From the NCBI GenBank assembly GCA_026396275.1, contig JAPLXC010000011.1, positions 1-48,296 of the forward strand: 48,296 nucleotides of DNA, written 5' to 3'. Under the pieces are notes generated by a model. The model ran no database searches, was not told the origin of the DNA, and worked only from the letters and a program-made list of their open reading frames with translations. This stretch comes from Candidatus Moraniibacteriota bacterium (GTDB lineage: Bacteria > Patescibacteriota > Minisyncoccia > Moranbacterales > JAPLXC01). Numbering within the stretch: position 1 is the first letter of the stretch; each line of letters begins with the position of its first letter. Positions 9,481-18,750 of this stretch are shown here, one piece after another. A program made the translations under genes and the position numbers.

Positions 9481-10668
9481 TCATTTTCCAGTGTTTCCGA
9501 ATAAATATCGGTAGTATTTTTCGTTGTGGCTATTTTTATTGGTATATCTCGCCAGAGTTTTTTCCTTCGCTTTTTTTCCCATTTCTAGGCGAAAATTCTT
9601 ATCCAAAATTAATTTTTCCAGTTTTTCAAACCACTCGTCCGCGCTTCTGGCTGTAAAACCGTCAATGCCGTCAGCAATCGCTCCCTCGAAAGTCCTAGTG
9701 GCGGCCGCCACGGTGGGCACTCCCAAAATCCCGGCTTCAAAAAATTTGAGTTCCGATCTGGCTTCGCAGAAAGGATTTCCAATTTCCAGCGGCGCAAGAT
9801 TTATATCCACCGAAGCGATATTTTCAAAATGTTTTTCGCGAGGAGCATAGGACAATCGCTTTACTCTATCTTTAAATTTATTAATTTTTTCATCAGTATC
9901 CAGTGGTCCAACTAACAGCAATTCAACTTGAGGATATTTTTCCATTATTCGTTCCAGCGCATCAGTAATTGTGGCGAAATCCTTATCGTGGCTTGCCGTG
10001 CCTGAAAAATAGCCGACTCGAATTCGAGGACCGTCCTCGATTGATTCGAGGACGGTCCTCTTAAGTAGGTTTCCAATGACAGTTAAATCTTCATTAGATA
10101 ATTTATTCGGCACGACAAAGACCCTCTTTCCGTATTCTTTTAATTTATCCGCCAGATAAGACGTAGTGGTGGTGCAGACCTTCACATAGTGATCTTTTAG
10201 GATTCCGCTTCCTAGCCCTCCCTCGTACAGCTTTTTTTCTAAGGCATTTATTTTGCGGAAATAATCGGATTGTTCAAAAAACTTAGGATCAAAAAGCAGA
10301 TCATCCGTCTCAAAAATAATTTCTTTTTTCTGACTTTTGATATTTTCTATTAATTTTCGGATGGCGGAAGTATATAGAATCCTATGAAAAATAAAAATTT
10401 TAAATCGGCTGGCGTACCGGGGCAGAAAAGGATTGTCCTGAATGGTGACGGAACAGCGAAAATCGTGAAGGCCGAGTTCCTCAGCCACGTGCCAAGTTCG
10501 ATAGCGGGCGCTGTCCCCCACGCCGTTGGTAATAAAAAGAATGTCGCCGGAACCGACTAAATGAAACATAGCCAAAAAAGCTTTAGCCACGCGCTTTCCG
10601 CCCTTCAATAATCCTTCTCTTTCAAGCGTTTTCAGCGCCTTCCCAAATTTTATCACCAAAAGCTTCAT
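9481..10668 (-). CDS. GT-B fold glycosyltransferase (GT4-like)
   Basis: IIFETDDL, VGYFSGTASH, SELKFFEAGILGVPTVA. Confidence 0.85.
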   Translation of the reverse strand: MKLLVIKFGKALKTLEREGLLKGGKRVAKAFLAMFHLVGSGDILFITNGVGDSARYRTWHVAEELGLHDFRCSVTIQDNPFLPRYASRFKIFIFHRILYTSAIRKLIENIKSQKKEIIFETDDLLFDPKFFEQSDYFRKINALEKKLYEGGLGSGILKDHYVKVCTTTTSYLADKLKEYGKRVFVVPNKLSNEDLTVIGNLLKRTVLESIEDGPRIRVGYFSGTASHDKDFATITDALERIMEKYPQVELLLVGPLDTDEKINKFKDRVKRLSYAPREKHFENIASVDINLAPLEIGNPFCEARSELKFFEAGILGVPTVAAATRTFEGAIADGIDGFTARSADEWFEKLEKLILDKNFRLEMGKKAKEKTLARYTNKNSHNEKYYRYLFGNTGK

Positions 10669-10717
10669 AAAAAATAAACTTCATTACCATATCACCATAC
10701 CACAAGCTCTAGCTTTG

Positions 10718-10740
10718 TTACCATATTAGGTAATAAGGTA
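10718..10740. promoter_or_regulatory. Putative operator, copy 1 (TTACCATATTAGGTAATAAGGTA)
   Basis: Identical 23-mer at 11240-11262; contains the TTACC-N6-GGTAA dyad; upstream of the 9481-10668 gene. Confidence 0.6.
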
Positions 10741-10801
10741 GTAAACAATATCTTATGGTTAATTTTAAAGTCGATCCTGCTACTAGTCATGCGGTAAACG
10801 C

Positions 10802-11206
10802 TTAGCTAAGCAATTCCTTTAAAAACCGGTGATGAGGATATCTGTCAAGCAAACTTTCATAGGTATCAGATTTTCTCTTGCTGCGCCTTTCTTTTCTTTT
10901 TATTTGTTCGAGAATTTGATGCTTATATCCCTCATTTTCACCGTGAAGCCATTGGTAAACTTTAGCGATTGTTTGAAAACTTACCCTCAACTTTTTGCTA
11001 ATCTCGTCATAGTTTTTTTCCTCCATCAGCATCTCGGCTACCTGTATTCTCCGAGCCAGCATTAACGACTCACTGGGAGTAAGAAGACCCATAAAAAAAT
11101 CAACGATTTCTTTTTTTGTTTTAAGGTTGCTAATGATTTCGTACATTTCTCCTATAATCCTGTATTTTTCCTTGCGATCAACTAGATGAGTTTTTACTTT
11201 TGCCAT
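10802..11206 (-). CDS. YerC/YecD-family TrpR-like DNA-binding protein
   Basis: LLTPSESLMLARRIQVAEMLMEEKNYDEISKKLRVSFQTIAKV, TrpR-type HTH. Confidence 0.85.
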   Translation of the reverse strand: MAKVKTHLVDRKEKYRIIGEMYEIISNLKTKKEIVDFFMGLLTPSESLMLARRIQVAEMLMEEKNYDEISKKLRVSFQTIAKVYQWLHGENEGYKHQILEQIKRKERRSKRKSDTYESLLDRYPHHRFLKELLS

Positions 11207-11239
11207 AAAAAATGCGAAAAAATCAACTTTTCATTATTT

Positions 11240-11262
11240 TACCATATTAGGTAATAAGGTAA
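11240..11262. promoter_or_regulatory. Putative operator, copy 2, overlapping the extended -10 (TGGTAAAAT) of the TrpR-like gene
   Basis: Identical to 10718-10740; lies in the -35/-10 spacer. Confidence 0.6.
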
Positions 11263-11278
11263 AGTGATGGCTTTGGTC

Positions 11279-11338
11279 TTGATTATAACTATGACTGCAA
11301 TTATAGCCGCAATTATGACTGTAACTATAATTACAATT
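11279..11338. repeat. Hexamer-periodic tract (nine RYRRYY units plus one degenerate unit)
   Basis: TTGATT ATAACT ATGACT GCAATT ATAGCC GCAATT ATGACT GTAACT ATAATT ACAATT. Confidence 0.75.
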
Positions 11339-11340
11339 TG

Positions 11341-12537
11341 TCATTTTATTTTCGGGCTGTTTAGCAGCCTCGCATAAATTTCTTCTATTTTCTTCGCCGA
11401 TTTATCCCAGCTGAAATTTTTGGATCTTTCATAGTTGATTTCGCCTTTCGTTTTCATTTCTTCGGGATGGCGAAGAAAATGCAGGATACCATCGGCAATA
11501 CCTTGAGCGGAAACCTCGGTACTGTAATAAGCCCCTTCTCCTAAATATTCCCGATTGTTAATTTTATCAAAGCAAACCACCGGCAGTCCAGCTGCCATAT
11601 ACTGCAAAATTTTTCCGCTGGCCTGGCAGGCGGAGGAATCCTTGGGATCGACGCCAACATCACTGGCACCGAGCAATTGAGGCAGATCAAAATAATTAAG
11701 CGGGCTAACTAGCCGCACACTATTCTCCAGAGTGTGCTTTTTCACATAATGCTCTATTTCTCCTATAGGAAACCCCCCGATGACAAAATAGGCCTTGTCC
11801 GTCGCTCTTAAAACTAGCGGAATAGCATCCAGCAAGTATCGGATGCCTTTATTGGCCACCAGCGCGCCGGTGTAAGTGATAATTACTTTATCCGGAGTAA
11901 GTTCCAGCTCTTTTTTCAATTCCTCTTTGGCAGGAAGATGGATATAATGCTCTGGATTAACTCCATCCGGCACTGTCTTTACTTTGCCATCTTTGCGCCA
12001 GCGGGAAATTTCCCGGCTGTTTTCCCAGGAGCTAGTAATAGCGTAGTCACCCAAATTATCAATAAGCTTTTCCAAAAATTTAAAAACGCCCCTTAGAATC
12101 CCGTCGCTCAAATATCCATGAGAGATCATTTCTCTTGTTAAGCTCCCGTGAAAATCGGCCACTAATTTCATTTTTCTCCAAAACAGCAAATTCTTCACAA
12201 TCCACCCGACCAATACTCCTTCGTGAAGATGTCCGTGGAGAATGTCCGGTCGGCCGGTTCTGGCCAAATTAAACACCTTGCGGATAAGCATCAAATCAAG
12301 AATTATCTTCTGCCAGTCGGGACCGGCCTCCAGTTTTTTATACCAAAAAAGAAGGCGCCTGATCCTTCTCACATCAATGGAGGTCTTGATATCTTTTTCA
12401 ATGTCTTTCCCGATATGATAAGTGGCAATGGTAACCTTATGGCCCAGTTTTTCCAGAGCCAGCGCTTCCTCCAGTATTCGAATATGCGTCCCCCGGTCAG
12501 CAAAAAAAGGAGTGGGGGCAATAATCAGTATTCTCAT
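11341..12537 (-). CDS. GT4 glycosyltransferase
   Basis: MRILIIAPTPFFADRGTHIRI, ITYTGAL...KG, GKILQYMAAGLPVV, FSWDKSAKKIEEIY. Confidence 0.9.
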   Translation of the reverse strand: MRILIIAPTPFFADRGTHIRILEEALALEKLGHKVTIATYHIGKDIEKDIKTSIDVRRIRRLLFWYKKLEAGPDWQKIILDLMLIRKVFNLARTGRPDILHGHLHEGVLVGWIVKNLLFWRKMKLVADFHGSLTREMISHGYLSDGILRGVFKFLEKLIDNLGDYAITSSWENSREISRWRKDGKVKTVPDGVNPEHYIHLPAKEELKKELELTPDKVIITYTGALVANKGIRYLLDAIPLVLRATDKAYFVIGGFPIGEIEHYVKKHTLENSVRLVSPLNYFDLPQLLGASDVGVDPKDSSACQASGKILQYMAAGLPVVCFDKINNREYLGEGAYYSTEVSAQGIADGILHFLRHPEEMKTKGEINYERSKNFSWDKSAKKIEEIYARLLNSPKIK

Positions 12538-12560
12538 AATTTCGCAAGTTAAAATGCCAG

Positions 12561-15017
12561 TTAATTCTCGGTGGAAACCTTTATCACTTCCCCTTTCTTC
12601 ACTTTTCCGGCAATCATTTCTTTGGCTACCAGATCCTCAATCTTGTCTTCCACGTGGCGCTGGAGGGACCTGGCTCCAAAAATAGGATCATAACCGGAGC
12701 TTATTACTTTATCCACCACTCCGTCATCAAATTCTATTTCTATATTCTTTTCTTCCTGCAGGCGCCTGGCGAATTTCTTCATTATCATCTGCGCGACACT
12801 CCGCAGCACGTTGCCCTCAAGCGGCTGAAAAAAGATGATGTCATCAAAGCGATTAAGAAGCTCCAAGCGAAAGATGCCATTTGCAACCACATAGTCGATA
12901 AGCTTTTTCTTGATTTCTTCCGGTTCCCTTCCCTCCTCTATCATATTCTTGATAAGCGGCGCTCCGGCGTTAGAAGTGGCAATGACAATAATGTTGCGGA
13001 AACTGATTTTTTCCCCAAAAGCATCCGTTACATATCCTTCATCCAGAATCTGTAAAAATATGTCTAAAACATTCGGATAGGCCTTCTCAACTTCGTCCAA
13101 AAGAAGTAAAGAAAACGGATGATCCTTGACGGCGGAAGTAAGTCGGCCGGGCTGATTCAGCTCGCTGGACCCGATTAGCCGGTCAAGGGACGTTGGGCTT
13201 TGAAATTCGCTCATATCCAGCCGGATCATTTTTTCTTCACCTCCATAATAAACCTCAGCCAAGGCCTTGGCGGTCTCCGTCTTTCCCACTCCGGTAGGTC
13301 CTAGAAACAGAAAGCTTCCAACCGGCCGTTGAGTTCTTCCAATGCCGGTTCTGGCCCTTCGCAAGGCCTCAGCCACCTGGCGAACGGCCTCTTCCTGACC
13401 TATTACTCGTCGATGGAGAAACTCTTCAAGATTGAGAAGTTTTCCTCTTTCTTCCTGACGCACTTCCCCGTGGGGCATTCCTGTCTTTAGCTCAAGAAAT
13501 TTATCAACGGTTTCGGTAGTAATAAAATAAGTTCCCGGATTTTTTTGCCAGAATATCAGCACTTCCATCGCCAGATCAAGAGCCCGTTCCGGCAAAGGAA
13601 CTTCCCAATGATACCGGCCGGATGATGCAACAATATACTGAATGGCTTTGAGCGTAAATACAACTCTTCTTTCCTCCATTTTTTCAAAATCCTGAAGCAG
13701 TATTTCCAGTGTTTCCTGCTCGGTCGGCTCTTTCATTTCCACTACCTCAAGGTATTTCATAAACTGCTCATGTTTTTCAACCAGATTGTGATATTCTTTT
13801 TGCGTCGAGGTGGCAATAACCCTAAAGCTTGGCAATGCCAGATACTGACTCATTACCGCTGAGATATCAGGATGAAACATGCTGTCTCCTTTTCCTAAAT
13901 AATTCTCAATATTTTCAAGAAACAAAATCACGTTTCCCGCATAAGCTGCTTCATGAAACATCGCGTGAAGAACATTATCAACATCTTTTCCCTCGCTCAA
14001 AACATTGGAAATAACTCTGCCAATATCAAACAATAAAATTCGGCTGTCGCTGAGCAGGTAATCAATTTGGCCGTGGCGAATAAGTCCGGCAAGATAATGA
14101 ACTAAATTTTTCTTTCCCGATCCCGAATCCCCTACTAAAAGGGTGCTGCTTTGAACCGGACGCATCAAAACCAACTTGACCACTTCTAATTCTTCCTGCC
14201 GGCCGATAAGTTCCCGGCCGCAATACTCCGTCGGATCTACCCGAGAAAGATCAGTCGCATATTCATCGAGGTGGGGAGTATAAGCATAGGCCCAGTGTTT
14301 TCCGATTGGTGATATTTTATCCAGATTTTCCTTGAGCCAGAACTTTTTCTTGTTTTCTTTTTTTTGTCTCGCTCCTGCTTCCCAAGCGACAATCATTTCA
14401 AAATCCCCGCTGTTTAAATCCAGCGATTTCAGAAAAGAAGCTAGTGACTTAGAATTTTCAAAAATATTCTTATTTATTTCCTTTTTCGCCATCCCGAGGC
14501 GGTTAGCGACACGTTCAAGCCACTTTTTCTTGAATAATTCTTTGGCGCTCATTTGGATATAAGGAATCTGAAGCGAGTCGTGATAGAGAAGATAAAAAAG
14601 GAGGCCAAAAAGAAACAAGACCAGCGCCTCAAGCTGCGCCATTACGCTTCCTGCTATTGCTTTAGCCAAAACTAATAAAAAAAGGATTGGCCAGGAAAGC
14701 CAGATAAAAAGCAGTATTAGTCCTCCGAGAAAAAAACTGACAGTTACAACCAGGCCGGTTGTGACGACTGCCAAACGCATTAAAAAGCCGATGAAGCGCG
14801 AAAAAAAGTTGTCAACCAGAATTTCCAGTGATTTTAAAGGTTTCCATCCAAGCCAATAGCGAAAAACTACGTCTCTTTTCCAAGGAGAAAAAAGAGTGGC
14901 AGTGAGTTTAGTCATCGAGAAATAGCGCCAAAAAAAAGAAAGAAGATTTTTCCAGATTTCCAGAAATTCACTTATTCCCCTACTCCAATACCAGACAAAA
15001 AAATTGTCTTTTTTCAT
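12561..15017 (-). CDS. ClpA/B-family AAA+ ATPase with N-terminal membrane anchor and degenerate first NBD
   Basis: NBD2 FLFLGPTGVGKT, LLLLDEVEKA, GARSL; NBD1 GDSGSGKK / ILFLENIE; hydrophobic residues ~80-145. Confidence 0.85.
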   Translation of the reverse strand: MKKDNFFVWYWSRGISEFLEIWKNLLSFFWRYFSMTKLTATLFSPWKRDVVFRYWLGWKPLKSLEILVDNFFSRFIGFLMRLAVVTTGLVVTVSFFLGGLILLFIWLSWPILFLLVLAKAIAGSVMAQLEALVLFLFGLLFYLLYHDSLQIPYIQMSAKELFKKKWLERVANRLGMAKKEINKNIFENSKSLASFLKSLDLNSGDFEMIVAWEAGARQKKENKKKFWLKENLDKISPIGKHWAYAYTPHLDEYATDLSRVDPTEYCGRELIGRQEELEVVKLVLMRPVQSSTLLVGDSGSGKKNLVHYLAGLIRHGQIDYLLSDSRILLFDIGRVISNVLSEGKDVDNVLHAMFHEAAYAGNVILFLENIENYLGKGDSMFHPDISAVMSQYLALPSFRVIATSTQKEYHNLVEKHEQFMKYLEVVEMKEPTEQETLEILLQDFEKMEERRVVFTLKAIQYIVASSGRYHWEVPLPERALDLAMEVLIFWQKNPGTYFITTETVDKFLELKTGMPHGEVRQEERGKLLNLEEFLHRRVIGQEEAVRQVAEALRRARTGIGRTQRPVGSFLFLGPTGVGKTETAKALAEVYYGGEEKMIRLDMSEFQSPTSLDRLIGSSELNQPGRLTSAVKDHPFSLLLLDEVEKAYPNVLDIFLQILDEGYVTDAFGEKISFRNIIVIATSNAGAPLIKNMIEEGREPEEIKKKLIDYVVANGIFRLELLNRFDDIIFFQPLEGNVLRSVAQMIMKKFARRLQEEKNIEIEFDDGVVDKVISSGYDPIFGARSLQRHVEDKIEDLVAKEMIAGKVKKGEVIKVSTEN

Positions 15018-15113
15018 TTTATGTATTTTTCTCTGTTTTTTAGCTCCTTTCTTCCATTTTAGACCAGCCAGCGTTCCTTTGCAAACCGCCCGAATCCGGA
15101 TATAATGGGAGTC

Positions 15114-16997
15114 ATGGGAAACGAAAACAATGCCTTTGGCGATAATCGGATTTTCATAATTTTTGCTCTTTTTTGGGTCTTTTTGGGATGGCTGGGATTC
15201 ATCCTGGCGCTCGCCGGTTTCTTTTATATTGGACTGATCATCGCCTATTTTATCTTGGCAATACCAGTTTCAGTTTACTATTTTGTTAAAAAACCGGGGT
15301 TTCGGATGCCTAAAGAAATTGTCGGCGTTTCTCTTTTCATTTTTATGGCAGTGACTATTTTTTCTTTTTTCGCTACTCCGACAATTTTTTCCGGCCGCGA
15401 CCAGGGCGCCATCAGCGAAGCCGCGGTGCGTCTGGCTCAAAATCACCGGCTTGAATTTTCCACTCCCGCCAGCTCCGAGTTTTTTAAAATCTACCCCGCA
15501 CCAAAATATAAATTCGCAAACTGCATAAATAATTGGAATAAAGATCGCGGTAATAAAAATTTCCTCGAATCGAAAATCGCCTCTATTTGGTGCGGGGCAA
15601 GTGCTTCCGGCAAAGCTCTTAATTTTCCGGGATTTTATTACACTCCCAATGGAAATTTAGTTACCCAGTTCCCCTTTCCCTATATATCCTGGCTGGCAAT
15701 CTTTTATTCGCTTTTCGGCCTTATCGGGTTAATAGTTGCAAATGCAGTCCTGCTTTTTCTTTTTTTATTATCCTTTTATATTCTTGCTCGTTTATTTTCC
15801 GATAAATCGCCTTCTCTGCTTCTTCTGCTTTTGACATTTACTTCCTTTTCTTTTTCCTGGTTTTTTAAATTTACACTCTCCGAAAATATGGCGCTGGCAA
15901 TTCTTTGGATTTCAATTTTTGCTCTGCTGAATTTTTTGAGAAAACAAGACAATCTGAATTACTTTTTTTATATCTCCTCGGCGTTTCTTTTAGTTTTCGT
16001 CCGGATAGAGGGAATTTTATTTCTGGCAACCGGACTGGCTGTGATTTTCTTTTTTTCAAAAACCAGAGATTATATCAAGAATGATCTTTTACGAAAAATT
16101 ATAATTCCCCTGATTATTCTGGCGGGTTTGTTATTTTGGAATTTCACCAAAGATATCTATTTTTATAAAGAAATGGCCAGAGCCCTGCTGACAACTTTTT
16201 CCTCTGGTTCATTGGAAACAAAAGCCGGCATAGGGCTAACTGTTTCCTATTTTTTGCAAGTGTTTCTAATTTACGGGTTGTTTTCCTTTTTCATTTTGGG
16301 GACCATTGGAATTATTTACTTTTTAAAAAAGAGGGAGTGGGAAATTATGGTACCGCTATTTATTGTTCTTCCCTCTTTCTGGTATTTAATTAATTCCAAT
16401 ATTTCTCCCGATCACCCCTGGATGCTAAGAAGATTTGTTTTTTCTATTTTGCCGGCTTTTATTTTTTATTCAATTTTATTTTTGGCAATCTGGAAAGAAG
16501 AAGGCAGAAATAAAAGAAAAAAGTTGCTTTTCGTGTTGGTTATCGTTATTTTACTGCTATTTAATCTCCCGTCTTTTCTCAAATTCGCGACTTTTTCGGA
16601 AAATAAAGACCTGCTAAAACAAACTGCGGAGTTGAGCCAAAATTTTTCAGCCCGGGATTTGGTTTTAGTTGATCGGCAAGCCAGCGGCGACAGCTGGGCA
16701 ATGATAAGCGGACCGCTTAGTTTTCTCCTTGGGAAAAACGCGGTTTATTTTTTCAATCCCTCTGATCTGGAAAAAATTAATCAGGAGAAATTTAACAGAA
16801 CATATCTCATAGTTCCGGAAGAAAATATCGGATTCTACGAAAACAGCGACTCGGGAAAGAAGCTAAAATTTTTCAGGGACTATAATCTGAAAACGCAAAG
16901 ATTAACCGTCGAAGAAAACCAAAAGCCGTTGGTTATTCTGCCTGATAAAAAGATTATTGAAGTTAAAGGAAAAATTTTTGAAATAAGCAGGGAATAA
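15114..16997 (+). CDS. Polytopic membrane protein, probable GT-C-fold glycosyltransferase (start revised to ATG 15114)
   Basis: >10 hydrophobic segments, GRDQG loop, TLSEN, VRIEG; track start 15105 overlaps the TATAAT. Confidence 0.6.
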   Translation: MGNENNAFGDNRIFIIFALFWVFLGWLGFILALAGFFYIGLIIAYFILAIPVSVYYFVKKPGFRMPKEIVGVSLFIFMAVTIFSFFATPTIFSGRDQGAISEAAVRLAQNHRLEFSTPASSEFFKIYPAPKYKFANCINNWNKDRGNKNFLESKIASIWCGASASGKALNFPGFYYTPNGNLVTQFPFPYISWLAIFYSLFGLIGLIVANAVLLFLFLLSFYILARLFSDKSPSLLLLLLTFTSFSFSWFFKFTLSENMALAILWISIFALLNFLRKQDNLNYFFYISSAFLLVFVRIEGILFLATGLAVIFFFSKTRDYIKNDLLRKIIIPLIILAGLLFWNFTKDIYFYKEMARALLTTFSSGSLETKAGIGLTVSYFLQVFLIYGLFSFFILGTIGIIYFLKKREWEIMVPLFIVLPSFWYLINSNISPDHPWMLRRFVFSILPAFIFYSILFLAIWKEEGRNKRKKLLFVLVIVILLLFNLPSFLKFATFSENKDLLKQTAELSQNFSARDLVLVDRQASGDSWAMISGPLSFLLGKNAVYFFNPSDLEKINQEKFNRTYLIVPEENIGFYENSDSGKKLKFFRDYNLKTQRLTVEENQKPLVILPDKKIIEVKGKIFEISRE

Positions 16998-17015
16998 TAT
17001 TCATAATTTTTAAAT

Positions 17016-18359
17016 ATGTTTGATTTAACCAAAGAGATTGAATTGGAGCCGCGCTGGAAAATTTGGTACCAGCTTTTGCGCTGGCTGATGTATCTGGCTT
17101 TTGCCGTGGGAGCTTTATATTTTTCCTATCTTCTTCTTTTTCCCTCTCAATCATTTTCTTTTTTCTTCCGCTCGCCCCAGTCGTCAAAAAACACCATCAC
17201 CGACCCGAGAAATTCCCAAAATATTCTCCCTGAACAGGGACAAATTAAGGCCGGAGATCAGTTAATCTTCTACATCTCGACCTTTGAAAGTTATTCCCAA
17301 GCCGAAACCAACCTTTTCTTAGAAAAGGACTCCCTGCCAATAAAGGGTGGAATTGTAACTGTCAAAAAATCGTTCCGGTCATTTTTTTATCCTTTAAGCA
17401 ATCCTCTGGGACTAAAGGACGGGGGCTTAATCAAAAACAAAAGCGGCTATTTCATCATTTCTCAAGGAAAGCTAAGAAAGTTTTCTTCTTTAAAAATTGC
17501 GAGAGAACTGGGTTATAACTTAAATTCATTTAAGGATGTCCTAGAACAAGAAACCGCTTACAACGAGAAGGGTGATGAAGTTACCAGCTCATTAGAATAT
17601 CCCGACGACACTATTTTTAAAATTTCCGGCGAATTTTACCAGCTTAAAAACCAACGGCTCCGGAAATTCATCAGCGAAAAGGCCTTTTTTAATCAATATT
17701 CTCCCGACAAAGCCATAGAAAAAGATGAAAATTTTCTTAAAAGATACGAGGTAGATGAAAATTATATCGGATTTAGTGACGGAACTCTTTTATCTAATGC
17801 TGAATCCGTGTTTATTGCCAGCGGCAATAAAATCTTTCCCATTTTGGATCCTCTGACTTTTGATTCAATGGGCTTTGACTGGAACGACGTGATACCGGCC
17901 AGCATGGAGGAAATAGGAATTTATGAAAAGCAAAAAATTTTTTACGTTAACGATCCCCATCCTGACGGAACGATCTTCGCCGGCCAGGATTCGGGAAGAT
18001 ATTACTACATCCAAAACGGGGAAAGGCACGAGCTTATCGGGACGGCTGTTATTGGGTCATACCTAAACAGAAACCCGGTGATTGTCCAGGAAAAAGGGCT
18101 GGAAGTAAATCAATGCGATTTGAAAAAAACCGCTTTTTTTTCCGAGGTCTATGGATGCGGGGTCTCAATAAAAAACCTCCAGTCCATTCTTGGAAATACC
18201 TACCAGTTCACGCTAAAACTGGATTCGGACGCGAGAGTCAATAATATGAATGTGGTGCTCAAAAAAACAGTAACCTGGCAAAATCTCCGCCTGCAGCTAT
18301 CTGACATTTATAAAAAACTAATTATGCGTTATGCCGGAAAACAACAGCCAAAAAAATAA
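17016..18359 (+). CDS. Membrane-anchored extracellular protein with four DG-T-hydrophobic repeats
   Basis: One N-terminal TM; repeats KDGGLIK, PDDTIFK, SDGTLLS, PDGTIFA. Confidence 0.7.
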   Translation: MFDLTKEIELEPRWKIWYQLLRWLMYLAFAVGALYFSYLLLFPSQSFSFFFRSPQSSKNTITDPRNSQNILPEQGQIKAGDQLIFYISTFESYSQAETNLFLEKDSLPIKGGIVTVKKSFRSFFYPLSNPLGLKDGGLIKNKSGYFIISQGKLRKFSSLKIARELGYNLNSFKDVLEQETAYNEKGDEVTSSLEYPDDTIFKISGEFYQLKNQRLRKFISEKAFFNQYSPDKAIEKDENFLKRYEVDENYIGFSDGTLLSNAESVFIASGNKIFPILDPLTFDSMGFDWNDVIPASMEEIGIYEKQKIFYVNDPHPDGTIFAGQDSGRYYYIQNGERHELIGTAVIGSYLNRNPVIVQEKGLEVNQCDLKKTAFFSEVYGCGVSIKNLQSILGNTYQFTLKLDSDARVNNMNVVLKKTVTWQNLRLQLSDIYKKLIMRYAGKQQPKK

Positions 18360-18732
18360 TTTAGCCGCGCTTGCCTATAAGCTTCTCAACGACGCCTTAT
18401 TGGTGCTGATTATTTTTTACCTTGCGGTATTGATAGCTGAAAATGTCATTCCGGGAATAATTTCCAGCCATATCGGTCTTACTAAAATTACCCTGCCTAT
18501 TTTGATTGTCATTGCCGCGATATCGTATCTGGGGAAAAAATACAACTTTACTTTTCGAGAAAACGAGATGAAAAAAAGCAAGTTATTGCTTGCTCTGACT
18601 ATATTGTTTTTGCTCCTTATCTCTCTTTCTCTTTTCAAATTCAGTATGATCGCGATCGCCGTTATCGTGCCGGCAACATTTTTGATATTTCTTTATTTTT
18701 ACAAACTTATTTTTTCTTCTGACAGCCAGTAG
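18331..18732 (+). CDS. Small four-TM membrane protein
   Basis: Four hydrophobic segments; overlaps the upstream stop. Confidence 0.7.
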   Translation: MPENNSQKNNLAALAYKLLNDALLVLIIFYLAVLIAENVIPGIISSHIGLTKITLPILIVIAAISYLGKKYNFTFRENEMKKSKLLLALTILFLLLISLSLFKFSMIAIAVIVPATFLIFLYFYKLIFSSDSQ

Positions 18733-18750
18733 CGAAACTTCCAGCTACTT

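Noticed and set aside
18729-18750. AGTAGC/GCTACT hairpin as part of a larger ncRNA
   Set aside because: Only ~20 nt between convergent genes; best explained as a weak terminator
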